Source: the human T2T-CHM13v2.0 reference genome, Homo sapiens | NCBI RefSeq assembly: GCF_009914755.1 | Contig: NC_060925.1 | DNA length: 64,000 bases | Strand: one strand, 5' to 3' | In this document: piece after piece, positions 27,640-40,721 of the stretch | Layout of the letters: every line of letters starts with the position of its first letter | How positions within the stretch are numbered: the stretch's first letter is position 1 | Program-made: the position numbers and the translations under genes | Notes under the pieces: generated by a model | The model's input: the letters and a program-made list of their open reading frames with translations, nothing else | Told to the model about the DNA's origin: nothing | Databases searched by the model: none

Positions 27640-28050
27640 CATGCACGCCTCTGCCAAGGCTGATGGGACAGGGAGAATAAAGCTGGGTCAACCCGATTTG
27701 TTCCCAGGAATTTGGATGGTGTTCAGAGATGAGCTTCTGATTGCCCAGGCCGAGGTATTGTGAATTGCATGAACAATGGCAGCCCAGGCATTGAGGAGCA
27801 GGGGAGACTGGTCCATGGAGAGAGGTGAATGGAGTAGATACAGAGGCCAGGGCTGGCAGGCCCAGATGGAAGAGAGTTGAGGAAGCAGCTCCTGACAGCT
27901 CTCCAGGTCTTGGCCTGCCTCTCCTGAGCCCCGCCTTGCTGCCCTTGGCTCTGTGAGAATGTCTAGTATCCAAATCATAGATTTCCTTCTGGGGTTTAAG
28001 ATTGCTTGAATGGGTTTCCGTGCCTTGCAAGCAAAAGAACCTTGAATAAG
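27640..28050 (+). mobile_element. Old MLT1 (J/K-like) LTR
   Basis: 3' end TTTAAGATTGCTTGAATGGGTTTCCGTGCCTTGCAAGCAAAAGAACCTTG. Confidence 0.55.
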
Positions 28051-28425
28051 CCAATATTTCACTCATAATGTGAGTGCAAAACATGAAACCCAACTTTCCG
28101 GGTTCAAATGCCAAGTACAGCTAGAGTCTGGAGCCCCCTTCTCCAACTCCCACCCCTCAGTTTTCCGCAATAACATCTATAGACACTGCCAGGGCCGTTC
28201 CCACCAAAGCTCCATGCAGCCTCCACTGAGCTGTCTTCAGGCCTCCCTGATCCCACCATGTGACCCCACACGATCTCTCTGGATGGGCAGGTGTTTCTTA
28301 AGCTGAAAGTGCAGTTGTAAACTAAAACTGCAAGGCAGTGCTTGCAGCAATATGAGTCCTGCTAAATGCCACTTCCTTGACTTTGCTAGGAAGACAGATG
28401 TTTCCTCTTCTATCATCTGGTAATC

Positions 28426-28520
28426 CAGGGGTCAGCAAACATAAAAATTACAGGCTTACAGATCATACAGTCTCTATCACAACTACTCAACTCTGCCATT
28501 GTAGGGCACATGCAGCCATA
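28426..28520 (+). mobile_element. MER58A fragment
   Basis: CAGGGGTCAGCAAAC...ACAACTACTCAACTCTGCCATTGTAG. Confidence 0.7.
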
Positions 28521-29630
28521 GTTTGTTCACAGTGGGGAAGGCCACCTCCAATCATTAGGTTGACCTATCAAACTTTTTTTCTTTTTAGTCTAAAAGCAGG
28601 CTTCTCCTGGAAGAATCATACTGAGCTCCCCCAAGGAAAAAACTAAAGTAACCAGGTATCTCAGTTTTCACCTAGCCTGGTGTTTATACAGGTCGGGTAA
28701 AGCCTGCTCCCCAACAGGCCTTTGCTGGTGGCCTTCAGGTATGGGCTGCACAAGGTGCTGCTTAAGGTCAGCACAGTGGGTGAGGGATGGCCCTGTCCAC
28801 ACCCTAAGCCTCTGTCTCTAGAATATGCTCCCATGATGTTCTCCCAATGCTCTGAAAGGGAATTCCGAAGGCAGACCCTCTTCCTGTGGGATTCGACTTG
28901 AATTTTGACCCTAGACCTGAGGCTACTAACCTGGCATCTACAATTCCCTGAAATCAGATGTACAGTGTAATGTTTGGTATGTGGCCATTTTTCTTGGAAG
29001 AGGGGTCATTGGTTTTCATCAGCTTTTCAGAATAGCCTGCAGGCCCACAGTGAAGAGCCACTGCACCCGAGCCATATTCCGAGATCTCACCACTCCAGGG
29101 GGCCGATGGCAATTATAACAGAGGATTTGGAAATTGTATTTTTCTCCCAAGAAGTAAACTTGACTTTGTAAACCTGACTTCATTTACCTTCCCAATGCTC
29201 CCTGACATTTTTCCTAGCCCTTAGATGTCCAAGAAAGCTTTTAAAGGAAGAGAGATCTGTCCAGGTTGATCAGGGTGAGGGAACTGAGTTTTTCTCCTAC
29301 AATGATTCACTCCACCCAAGCAGGTCAATGACCAGAAGGCAGTGGACACATCTCTGCAGCGGGCTGCCATCAGACTCCAGGTCACATTCTGGGGATATAA
29401 GGACCAAGAAATTTTGTGCACGTGGCCTTAGCTTGGAGATTTCTCCCCAAGTGCCCTGACAGTTAACAGAATGTTCCAGAGAGGAAACCTGCTCTGCTCC
29501 TAAGAGGTTAGGGGCTCAGCAAAGCCACAAGAACACTCAGTGCTCCATGCTCCGTGCACGCACGTGTGCATTTCAGCACGTGAAGGGGTGTGCAACTTCC
29601 TCCCCTGCATGGTAGGGATCTCAACACTTA

Positions 29631-29804
<174 letters not shown>

Positions 29805-30709
29805 TTAGTCATGGAGACCAAGCAGGATGCAGACCTAGGAGTTGGCCTTTTTGGGAAGGGGCCCGGGCCCCTCTGATGTCCTCCTTCATTCTCAGCATTT
29901 AAGAAGCAGGAGCATCTCATGTGTGCCAGTCCCTGTGCTGGGTGCTAGAGACATGGCCTCTTCTCTCAAGCTCCCGGTGTAGTGGGGAGACAGACGGATG
30001 TTGTAATAGGCATGGGTGGAAATGTGAAGGGGAAGCAAGGGGGGACATGTCATTTTGTGCTGAGAGGGGCATAGGAGTGTTAGTTCAAGAAGACTCCACG
30101 CAGTTGCTGCTGCTGCTTGAGCAGACGCTCGTCTATTCCTTCAACCACGGTGAACTGAGCACCTACCCCAAGCATGCAGTAGGGCTGCAGGTTATGGGCT
30201 CCTCGGGGAGAGGTAAAGAAGAGTCTGATGGACAGGAGGCTGATTCAGAACTGGGGCCTGAAACTCATGAACGAGAAGGTGAAGATCAAGAATAGAGGAC
30301 TGGGCAGATTTGCATAACGCTTGAGGCTTCCACATTCACCACATAGAGGGCCGGAAACCAGGTGAAGGCTTTCCCACAGGGGCAGAGTGTAAAAGAGGCT
30401 CTCACTAGGTTCCTTTCAGGTCTGCAGACACCTCAGGGGTCCAAGAAATAAAATTTTTCTTCAGTACGATTGTATAGCATCTCTTGTCCTCATTTTTCTC
30501 TGGCACCATGTATAACATATTCTCTATATTGATTCCTGAAATATTTTCGAGAACTCATCTACAAATCTGTTCTCTTTAAAACGAGAGAGTTTAGGTATAA
30601 AAAAATAAAAACTAGCAACAACAAAGCAAACAAAAATAAGTGCACAGTCCCTTAGTAACTACACACAAGTATTTGCTTAGAATGTGTAGGATTAAAACAT
30701 GAAAATTTG

Positions 30710-30992
30710 GGCTGGACAAGGTGGCTCATGCTTGTAATCCCAGTGCTTTAGAACGCTGAGGTGGGAGGATCACTTGAGGCCAGGAGTTCAAGACCAGCCC
30801 GGGCAATGTAGTGACTCTGTCTCCACAAAAAACAAAAAAATTAGCTGGGAGCAGTGGCTCATGCCTATAATTCCAGCACTTTGGAAGCCCAGGCAGGAGG
30901 ATCACTTGAGCCCAAGAGATAGAAGCTGCAGTGTGCCATGGTCCTAACACTGTACTCCAGCCTCGGCAACAGAGTGAGACCCTGTCTCTAAA
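30710..30992 (+). mobile_element. AluJ, antisense to ABCA4, in intron 2
   Basis: GGAGGATCACTTGAGGCCAGG and GAGCCCAAGAG J-type arms. Confidence 0.9.
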
Positions 30993-31166
30993 GACTTTTT
31001 AAAAATTATAATTTGTGTAACATTGATAAATCTGTTACATGCATCATAGACATGAAATGATGATAAGCAGATCTGATCCCCACACTCCCACCCCAAGATC
31101 TTTCTAGACAAAAGGCCCAGACCAAAGTCTCTTCAGGGCTTGCCCAAGCTACCCTGCTATGCTTAC

Positions 31167-31260
31167 ATTCATGATGGCTGTAGAGCGGGTTGGCATTCCT
31201 TAACCAGATCAAGACCAGAAATAAAGATAAAGGCCACACGAGTTCCACCACAAAGCGAAT
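31167..31260 (-). CDS. ABCA4: ABCA4 exon 2 (c.67-160), first TM helix [31 protein letters not shown]
   Basis: Acceptor ttttccag|ATT, donor AAT|gtaagc; 94 nt; matches ORF-track peptide. Confidence 0.99.
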
Positions 31261-32677
31261 CTGGAAAAACAAAACAAAAAGAGAGAAAGTTCAGTGGTGC
31301 TAAGAGATTATAGAAAACGTAACCAGAGCAGACACAGCCCTCCTCAGATCCCATGTGTGCAGTAGGACTTTGGTTGTGGTATCTTTACCTAAACAGTTTC
31401 CTTCCTTTACCCCCTCCCCACCATACACCCTCTACCTTGTTTTATTATATCAACCAGATTTTGTGTCCATCTGGGTTCCACTCTGCCTCTATTTTAGAAA
31501 ACTGCATTAGCATGAGACTTTCATAAAGGATCATCAAGATCATCTGCTTCAGTGCATTTTAGCTGTCACTATGCACATGAATGCAGATTTGGGTTCAGTA
31601 TGGCCCCACCAGAGCTTGCATTTCTAACAAGCTCCCAGGTAATGCTGATCTAACAGGTAGTAAAGATTTCTCTGTAACCACTCACTCTGCGGTTAAGGAA
31701 AGAGGCTCAGAGGAGGCAGGTGACCTGTGCAGTGTCACATCAGCAGTGGCAGCATCAGAACCAAAATCCAGCCTCCTGTTTCTGGGGCCAGTGTCCTTTC
31801 TGGCCCTCCCCATTACCTTGCCCTTGCAAATGTGGTCATTTAATGAATCAGTGAATGAATGAGTGAATAAATGACTGTGATCCATTGCAAAGCCAACAAA
31901 AATCTGGCCTACCAACATGCTTCCTTCAAGTTTCTATTGCTTAAAGAAACAAAGCAGGGCACACTGCCATGGGTTTTTACATTGGAAGAGGCTGCTGATG
32001 TTAACATATGGTTGAAAGTTGGTATTTAAATTTCGGTTCCATTTGGAGCTTAAGGACTCTTGACTCCAAAAGCAGATCCAGTGGCTGTGGCAGTCCACAC
32101 CCTGTGGCATTGCACATAGGGGTGGGGGTTGGAGATGTGGAATTATGGAGAGGAAGAGGGAGAGGGACATGTGAGTTGGAGAGTAGAATAGGTCTATGCA
32201 ACCCTTACTCCAGGGACCTTAGGAAGGAAACACATAAGATCTGAAGGAGATCTGAAGCAGCTGGCCGGGGAATAGCAAGTTTAATAGATCAGCTAGGGGC
32301 TATTCACATAGTCTTTCATGTAACCCTTTGTTGTTTTCCTCTCAAAGAAATGTAAATAGGCTCTCAGCAAAATAAAAGACACCATAGCAGAGGCTCAATA
32401 AATGCTCCTTTCCTGCTAGTAAGAACAAACCATGTTCTGCTTTTTAAAAAACAGCCTACTGGCAACCAGATTATAAGAAACTAAAAAATAAATTGATGGG
32501 GGAAAATGATCGTGCATTGAAGAAAGAAAAAGCAAAAACTATTTAGGGACAGGTGGTGATTATGTAGCTGTAACTTTTTACAAGATGTTTTACTCAAAAT
32601 ATATATAGGGAGGATGTGTTGGAGGAAGCGCGCACACACACACACAATATGGGAAGAAAAGAATAGACTCTCCGTGA

Positions 32678-32980
<303 letters not shown>

Positions 32981-33719
32981 CTGGACTTCCGCTTCTTAAC
33001 ACACACCGCACTTCAGGTTCATCACTCCTCCAAGTAAGTGAAGCCCTCAAGGGCAGTAAGCTTCCTGAGGACAGGAACCTCATCTGTCGTTGTCACTACT
33101 GTGATTCCAGCACCCCACATGGGGCAGAACTCATAATAGGTGCCCAATAAATATCCACGGAATGAGTGAGCCTTTGTCAAGACTGGTCTAGGAGGCTTCT
33201 CCAGGAAAGCCTTTGGTGACATGGGGCTCAGGTCACCAACAGTCTGTAGATTTAAGAAACAGCCTCCCCCAGGGTCATGTACATTGGTGTCTTGTCTTCC
33301 ATTCTGGATCATTCCATCAGTGGGTAAGGCTGGGGAACAAGTTCAGTAAGATAGCAACGTTGAGTGATAGGAGCAATTGATGAAACCTGGAAGTTGTTTC
33401 CAGTGTCTTCACCAAAGAAATGAGACATCCAGTTCAAATCCAACACATTTGACTCCTTTAGACGACTGCTTGCAATATTGGCTTTCTATCACGTAGATCG
33501 GCTGTCTTCCACGCGGCAACATCTATCTGGGAGAGGTCTGGTATGTTAAACACTGATGCTGATTTGGGAGTTAGTGGGAAGATCTGGGTTAACAACCACT
33601 TTGGGGCTTGCTTAACCTCTGAGTCTCAGTTTTGTCCTCTCTGAAATGGGACTGCTCATTTTTCCTACAGTGTACACTCAGGGTTAAGAGAAGGTTACTC
33701 TGAGGTCAAGTTACTGGGG

Positions 33720-33925
33720 TTCCTATCCAGCCTGTTCCATCTTAGCTATGTGACCTTGGGCAACCCACTCAACTCTTCCGTGCCAAATGGTCTCATCTGT
33801 GAAATGGATGTGATACCAGGACCTACCTCCCAGAGCAGTCGTGAGGGTGAAATGAGACAATTGTGTTAAACACGAAAGCACAATATGGCATGAGGTAACA
33901 CTCAATAAACATGAGCCATTTGTTA
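33720..33925 (+). mobile_element. MIR
   Basis: TAGCTATGTGACCTTGGGCAA...CTCATCTGTGAAATGG...CTCAATAAA. Confidence 0.8.
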
Positions 33926-35096
33926 TTGCCTTACAGGGTTGTCGCAAGATCACAGGGTTGTTGCAAAGGCAGAAGAGTAAGGAGATAGAATTAAGCTTAT
34001 CTGCAACCTTGTAGGCCTGCCCTCCACTTACGTTCATCTCCCTCCTTTTTGGATTCAGAACTCCCCAGTTGCCAACTTGGAACCATGGTGCTTCCTAAGA
34101 AACCAGCCACACACCGTCCCCTGCTCCATATATAAAGAGGGAGGGCTGTGTATCAGGGAGGGGACCGGCCAGCTTGGTCTGCCTGTTCCAGGGGTAAAAT
34201 TTCCAAACCAAGCTAGTGCATTGTCATCCTCCCTTGCAAGGCTTGTCACGCACTCTCCTGGCATCCACCCACTCCCTCACTCACTCATTCTTGTATTTTT
34301 GAAGAATCTGGTCTCCACAAGGCACGGTGACTTAAAGGCCTCCTCTCAGGAGTAGGGGAGGGATCAGCACCTCCTTTCTCCCTTCCTTCTTTGTCTGGCC
34401 CTAGGACTGTTCCCACCTCACCTGTGCCCTCTTCTCATCCTTGAATTAGGCTGTTTTTTTTTGCCTATAGTCCCCGCCCCTCAAATCATCACCCCTGTTG
34501 ATTAGGTCAGCACTTCTCATGTGGCTGCAGGCTGAAAACATGCCGGGGTCTCAGATCATACCCCAGATCAACTACATCAGAATCTTGGGGCATGGGACAT
34601 CAGGGTTCTTCTTTTTAACACGTCTCAGGTAGTTCCACCGTGCAGCCAAGGTTGAGAACCGCTGCTCTAGGTAATGGTTGGTTGGTAATCTTTGAAAAAT
34701 ATTTGTTGAGAGGTCACTGTTGTTCTAACTCTGTGAGAGTGTGTTTGTTTTTGGCGGGGGGCGGGGGCGGTTGCTGCATTTCACGCGTCACTCCCTGGTC
34801 AAAGACCACCAGCCATTCTTTTCCTAGCCTGACAGGTCTGGTTTTCACAATAGCCTCTTCTGCCGGCTTCCAAAATCATGCTCAGCGTCCCCTCCCCAGA
34901 GCGGCATCCCTGTCCTTGACGCTTAACTGCGTACAGGCATACCCCAGGGAGAAATTCCACAGTATAATTAAAAACATGTTTTCTCAGCAGCTCAGACTCC
35001 CCCTACCCTGCCCTTTACACATGTCTGTAACTTTAATTAAGCCCAGCCAAGGCTCAGAAGGGCTGGTGGAAAATTCTTTTTTCCCAAACTGGTATT

Positions 35097-35162
35097 TCCT
35101 TCTTTTTTTCTTTTTCTTTTCTTTTCTTTCCCCCTTCCCTCCCTCCCTCCTTTCTTTCTTTC

Positions 35163-35207
<45 letters not shown>

Positions 35208-35311
35208 TTTCTTTCTTTCTTTCCTTTTCTTTCTTTCTTCTTCTTTCCTTTCTTTCCTTTCTCTCTCTCTTCCTCTCTCTCTCTCTCCCTCTCACCTCCC
35301 CTCCTCTCTTT
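35097..35311. repeat. Complex (TTTC)n/(CT)n polypyrimidine tract
   Basis: About 215 bp of near-pure C/T. Confidence 0.97.
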
Positions 35312-36064
35312 ACCATTCAATCAACATGGGGAGGAGGGGTTTCTGGCAAGGGCACAGTTGTGCTTGTTGTTTTAGAACTGAGCCTGTTAAATTTTCTTCC
35401 TTCCTGCTCTGTTTTCAATTTAACAGAAGGCAGCCAAGGCCTAAAATGAGCCCCATGATTCTTCCTTCTGCACTGAGAACCAGGACAGAATTCTTAGCCT
35501 GGACAAACATGACCCGGAGCCTGGGTACACTGGAGTTGGTGCCCAGCCTCTCTTTACTTGCCACATCCTCGGCTTGATGCTGAACCCAGGACAAAGGCCA
35601 CAGCTGTCCCAGGTGCTCCAGGGTGTGGTGTCCAAAACATGATTAGCGCCCCACTTTCATGAGTCCTCAGGCCCCCCGCAGATATCCATCCTAACCCAGA
35701 AGCTGGGATGAAGGGATGACACCAAGAGACCCACCTAGTGATCTTCATAAACCCTCCCTGACACAGCGCCAGGTCCACAGCCAACACGGGCAGATGTATA
35801 CTTGTCTTGTGCAGTGGAGAGAGCGCTCGTCATTGGGAATGCACGTTATCAGGATGAACTCCTTGGGAAGTCTTCTCTCACCCTCTCCAGCCCCGGTGCC
35901 TCCTCTGAGCTCACAGACCTCCTCCTCACCTCCCACCCGTGTTTCCTTCTACTCCACGGTCTCCACGTTGTGCTGCACAGTAATTATACGTGGGAGCCGC
36001 CCCTGCCTGGTTCTGAACTCCATGAAGGCAGTGGCTGTGTCTAGCTTACCTTGGTATAGGGCAA

Positions 36065-36190
36065 ACACACGTCCCAGTTTTCCAGGTCCAGTGTTGGTTT
36101 ACATTTATTGTCCCAGTGCAATTATTAATAGTGCTCCCTTTCACTTGCAAAACTGCCCTGATTGGATGATAAATTATATGGCCACTCTAT
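36065..36190. mobile_element. MER81-like hAT MITE
   Basis: GTCCCAG...ATTATTAATAGTGCTCCCTTTCAC...GATGATAAATTATATGGCCAC. Confidence 0.6.
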
Positions 36191-38569
36191 CTTAGTGATA
36201 TCAGTGACCAGACTATTGGATAGATCTCAATCCACGGGGGTCAGTGTGGTGTAACGGCCATGCCTGCCTGTCCTGGGTCACGCAGCATGGGTGTGAATCC
36301 CAGGTCCAACCCCACCAGTTACTAATCCTTCTCTGGATCCTCAGTGACCTCATCAGTACCGGGGGGATCACAGAGAGGCCTCTCTCGTGGAACTGTTCGG
36401 AGAGTTCAGGGAGGTGATGCACTTAGTACAGTGCCAGACACTTAGTAACACTTGACAAATGTTAACAGAGGAAGAAAAAAAGAGGGAGGAAAGCAGAGAT
36501 CTGAAGATTTTCATCTTATGCCCTTAGGGATTGGGAGCTGAGGAATGAGGAAATTTGGTATCTGATTTTACTCTTGCTCTGCTTACAGGAGACATGGAGG
36601 TTTGAGGGAAAACCTGGGAGCTGAATTATGGGCTGGGTGGTTGTACTTTTCTTAGAGGGACCATCTTCTAGAGGCAGAAGTTTCCAGAAGAACCGCAAGC
36701 TTAGGAAGGAGCCACAGATCCCTCTCAGAGCTACTGAATCTGTTGGGGGTGCCTCTGTCTTACCCAGACATCCTGGAAGCTCCTGGAATGTGGTAGCAGG
36801 TGGGGAGCCATCGGGAGGCGTGCCAGACAGAAATCTCAATTTCCAGGCCATCAGGATGGCATCCAGTGAACGCCAGCCCAGACCAGGCCCAGCCCTGGGA
36901 GGTGCCCTGGCCAAGGCCCTCAGCCCGAGCGGCTCCATCTCCCTGGGAGCACACTGTGGAGAAGGCAGAGTCCCTGAGCAGGAGTCGCCCACCCATGCCA
37001 GCGAAAGGCCAGATTGAGAGGGAGGGCACCAGAGCATTCTGAAAACAGGGTTATTCTCTGTCACAGCGACATGAGCGCCACAGGAATGGGCTCATTTTAG
37101 GCCAGCAGCTACAGTCCTGTTATCATGTGACCCCCTTTGAGGGTCACAAAGAGCACAGTGAGAATAAAATGAACTGAGAATTGTAATTTCTTATGGGAAA
37201 GAGAGAACAATGGCATATTGGATTTTCCTCCGCAGTCCACAGATGCCTCACATAGGCAGGGGCTGGGAGGTCTTGTTGCCATTGTATACCAATGAACCTA
37301 GCACGGTGCCTGGAGATTATTTTTTGATAGAAGGAAAGAATGAATACATGAAAAAATTTAATCATGAGGTTTTTTTTTCCAGTTTTATCAGGATTTTCAT
37401 GCAAGAAGGGAAGCTCCTAGAAGAAAGGACTGAGTTTCTGATTACTCTTAATACTTGGCCCCTGGAGACAACAGATAACTTCAGCACCAGGCTTGACAGA
37501 GGAAAGTGACCTGAGGACAATGGTGCTTCCCAGACAAGTCAGGTTTAACTTGTCTCTTCCCCCTGCAGCCTCCCTGCGTCCTGGGCCAGCCACACACAGG
37601 TTTTGGAGCCATCCATGCGCATGGTTGAAGCGTGTCCCATGCTGCTCTTTTTTATGCTGGTTGTTAAGCTATTGTCCCTCGGCCCCACATGCACCAACCT
37701 GCCAGGGCTTTCTCCTCAGGGGTCCAGACCCGAGGTCAGGTTCAGAGATCCAGCAGCAGCCTCCATGCACGCCTTCCTCCCAAGTCCTAATGTCAGCTCC
37801 ACAGACCTCTCATCTATGCTCCAAGTCTTAATAATTCCTGTCTCTTCCCTTGGTTCTCTCAGCCCTAGGGGTGGGAGCTGTGTCCTGCAATTGCTACCTC
37901 CATGATACCTTAGAGTTTCCTTTTACTCTCTCAGGTACCAGCTCTGTACTTAGCTAACACCTTTTCATATTAAACTCTAAGGAGACCCTAACTGAGACAC
38001 TCATTCATAGGCCTTCACCTGTTCCAGTTGGCCCCATCACCTACATGAACTTATTCTGAACCGAGATTTGGAACAAATACTGTTCTCTTCTCGCCTAAAG
38101 CAGGTCTCCCTCCCTTTCCTCCTGATCTCTCCAGTGGCTTGCAGCTCCCAGGGTCCTAATCTCACCCCTACCCAGCCCCCATCCCTTATCCCCTCCTTCC
38201 TCTTTCAGCTCCTTTAGTCATCGGCATTTGCACAACTCTGCAAGGCTGTAGCAAAGTGCATTCTTTCTTTACAGTTCTATAGTCACTCCTTATCCTTTCC
38301 CAGAAAAAATTGCACAAAGCCAGTTGTCATTTACAAGTACAGTCTTGGTGTTCTCTGATCTCCGGCACCTTTTGCCCGCACTTCTCATGGACTATTCCAC
38401 CTATGCTACTTTATGTTGCTCTTGGTCTCCAAACGTACTTTGGGTTTTCCCAGGCAGAACAGAAGCCAGTCCAGGGTGGAATCTGTGTCGTGCTTTTAGG
38501 GCTCCAGTCTAACCCAGGCTGGTGTCTGCTCATTGAAAGAGTTCAGGAAATGTGCGTGATGGTTAATAA

Positions 38570-38752
38570 CGTATTGCATCTCACAGAATCTAGGACGCAG
38601 TCAATTGTAAGACACACTGTTACTTTTCTGCACCACTAAGAAAGAAAAATAATGTGTCCAGTTAAACTGTGACTTGATCGTGAGCTGCATCCCAATTTCA
38701 GAAATGCTAACATGTGAAAAAACAATGTGCCTCAGAGAATCAATGAAATAAG
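38570..38752. mobile_element. MER104-like (TcMar-Tc2) MITE
   Basis: GCATCCCAATTTCAGAAATG..AATGTGCCTCAGAGAATCAATGAAATA with an inverted counterpart at the left end. Confidence 0.55.
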
Positions 38753-39175
38753 GCCTCACTAAGCTGGGAAGCTGTTCGAGGGGGTTCTTGCTTGCCTTTG
38801 GCCTGCTCTTCAGGGCTTAAAGTTCTTCCCACTGCTCAGCGTGGATGCCCTAGAGAGCGGTAGACTGGACAGGCAGGTGTAAAACGGGGGGTGGGGGAGG
38901 GGCGGGCAGGCAATGGATTGACAGGCACGGTAGGCAAAAGATTTTCATGTGGCTGAGGACAGAGAAACACATCTTCCTGGGAAGGGCACTGTCAGAGGGG
39001 CCCACAGAAAGGCCGTCCAGCTAAACACTGCTTCAGTGCTAATCGGCGACAAGCCCACTGACTGCTCACAACCCCCCACCCTGCCCCACCACCCTACCCC
39101 ACCACCCCACCCCACACTTCCAACCTGTTTATTTGCTCCACACCTCATTTTTAAACCACAGACAGTAACTGTTAC

Positions 39176-39241
39176 CTTTTGCCTTTTCCGCAGGGTCCAG
39201 TTCTTCCAGAGCAAAAGCTGTATCTGTCTCACGAAGCCCAT
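39176..39241 (-). CDS. ABCA4: ABCA4 exon 1 coding part (c.1-66), [22 protein letters not shown]
   Basis: ATG at 39241-39239 in good Kozak context (agcATGg); recognised ABCA4 N-terminus; donor AAG|gtaaca; 66 nt, phase 0. Confidence 0.99.
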
Positions 39242-39345
39242 GCTAATGACCACACGAAGACCAGATTGGTCAGAGCTGAGGCCCCTCAGACAGCAAAGGA
39301 CATAAACGCCGTTAAGAGCGCCTCTGGCTCCGGACGCTGTGTCCT
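39242..39345 (-). other. ABCA4: ABCA4 5'UTR (exon 1 non-coding part, ~104 nt)
   Basis: AGGACACAGCGTCCGGAGCC...CATTAGC precedes the ATG and matches the recalled mRNA 5' end; exact TSS approximate. Confidence 0.8.
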
Positions 39346-39440
39346 TCTCCTGGTGATTAAAGGCTACTTTTCCCCTTCAAAGCATAATCCCTTTTAATTA
39401 CACATAAGCCCTTAGTTGGGGAGAGGAGGCCGACACTGTG
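39346..39440 (-). promoter_or_regulatory. ABCA4 proximal promoter with clustered CRX/OTX2-type homeodomain sites
   Basis: TTAATCA (39354-39360, -), TAATCC (39385-39390), TTAATTA (39394-39400), TAAGCC (39405-39410) within 70 bp of the TSS; no canonical TATA box. Confidence 0.8.
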
Positions 39441-40721
39441 TTGGCTCCCTTTTATGGAGAGAAAGAGAACCCTAAAGACACAAGTGGCTGGGCACCAGGG
39501 AAATTGAGGTGGGGGATGCAATGGGAAACCAAGACCCTCAGGCACTCTCCTCCATGAGAGGGGTTCCTGAGGGGGATGTCTTTAGGTATCTTTGACCTTA
39601 AGTTTGGAACAAAATCTCTTTGCATAAATATAGGCTGGGCATTTGTCCTCGGCAAGAGCCTGCCATGAGCCGGCAGTCAGGGTTTGACTGGCCCTTTAAG
39701 TCCAATCGACTCACTCGGCAGATCTGAAGTGATCCCTCCCTCTTTTAGTCTTTCATCTTGCTCCGTAATGACTGAAGTCATTATGGTCAGCTAGTTGGGT
39801 TATCTCTGAGCTTAGCAGAGGGTAATGATGTTTATCTCTTGTGCTGAAATTGATCGACTAGTAGTGGCTGCTTGGTGCTGTGATGGAAAAGGCACTGGAA
39901 CACTCCAGGCCCAGCAGGACAGAGCCGTGACTGACTTGCAATGTCTGACTGGGGTGCGGGTATGAGGAGAGGCAGCAGGTGGGCCCATTACTGTCATTCC
40001 AGCCCTGCAATGGGGTGGTGCTGGGTTGACTCATCACCAGGTGAGGGATCTGTGATCCCAAGGGACACCCCAAACAGAAGCCTCCCTGGCACTTCGCAGT
40101 GGAACTTTTTGTCTCTGCCTCCTCAAATCTCAGAATGTGTTCTCTTTGAAAGACTCTAGACCCTTGAGACCTGGATGGGGCGGAGGGAGAACCACAGAGA
40201 GGAATGGATGCTGACTTCATAGAGTTTGCGGTCTGGTTGTAAACACGGGACTTGAACTCGAATAACTCAAGGAGTGTGATGAGGGCCCATAGGCTGTGCA
40301 TGGTGGAGCTTCCAAGAAGAGAGAGATAGTTTCTGCTTATGATGGCAAAAAGGCTCCTTGGAGGTGATGGCATTTAAGACAAGCTTGCAGAATTACAAAA
40401 TAATATTTTATAGTAAGTTTATTATTTATAAACTGCTTTTGCATATGTTATTTCATTTTAGCCTCACTACAATTTTGTGAGGTCCATATTTGCTGTTTTA
40501 CAGATGAGGAACGTGAAGCTTAGTGAGATTAAGTACTTTGCTCACGGTCCCACATGGCAACGGTGGGTACTTGAACAAGTGAGTCATTTAAACTCTGCAA
40601 AGACAGGGAGGAATAGCTTATCTTGCCCAGGAAAACCACAAGTGAAACATGGCTGGAGTGAAGGCTATGAGGCTATGAATGGAGGATGCTGGAAAAGGAG
40701 ACAGGAACCAGACTGAAAAAT

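Noticed and set aside
34640-35449. 269-aa (+) ORF and Lys/Glu/Arg-rich (-) ORFs
   Set aside because: Artefacts of the stop-free (TTTC)n tract
36516-37064. Overlapping 130-180 aa ORFs in intron 1 (similar at 22.5-23.1 kb)
   Set aside because: GC-rich chance ORFs without recognisable homology or exon structure
38945-39253. ORF-track start upstream of the ABCA4 ATG and read-through into intron 1
   Set aside because: Starts at a GTG; the true start is ATG 39241 and the exon ends at donor 39176
39620-39633. TATATTTATGCAAA as ABCA4 TATA box
   Set aside because: About 280 nt upstream of the presumed TSS, too far for a core TATA
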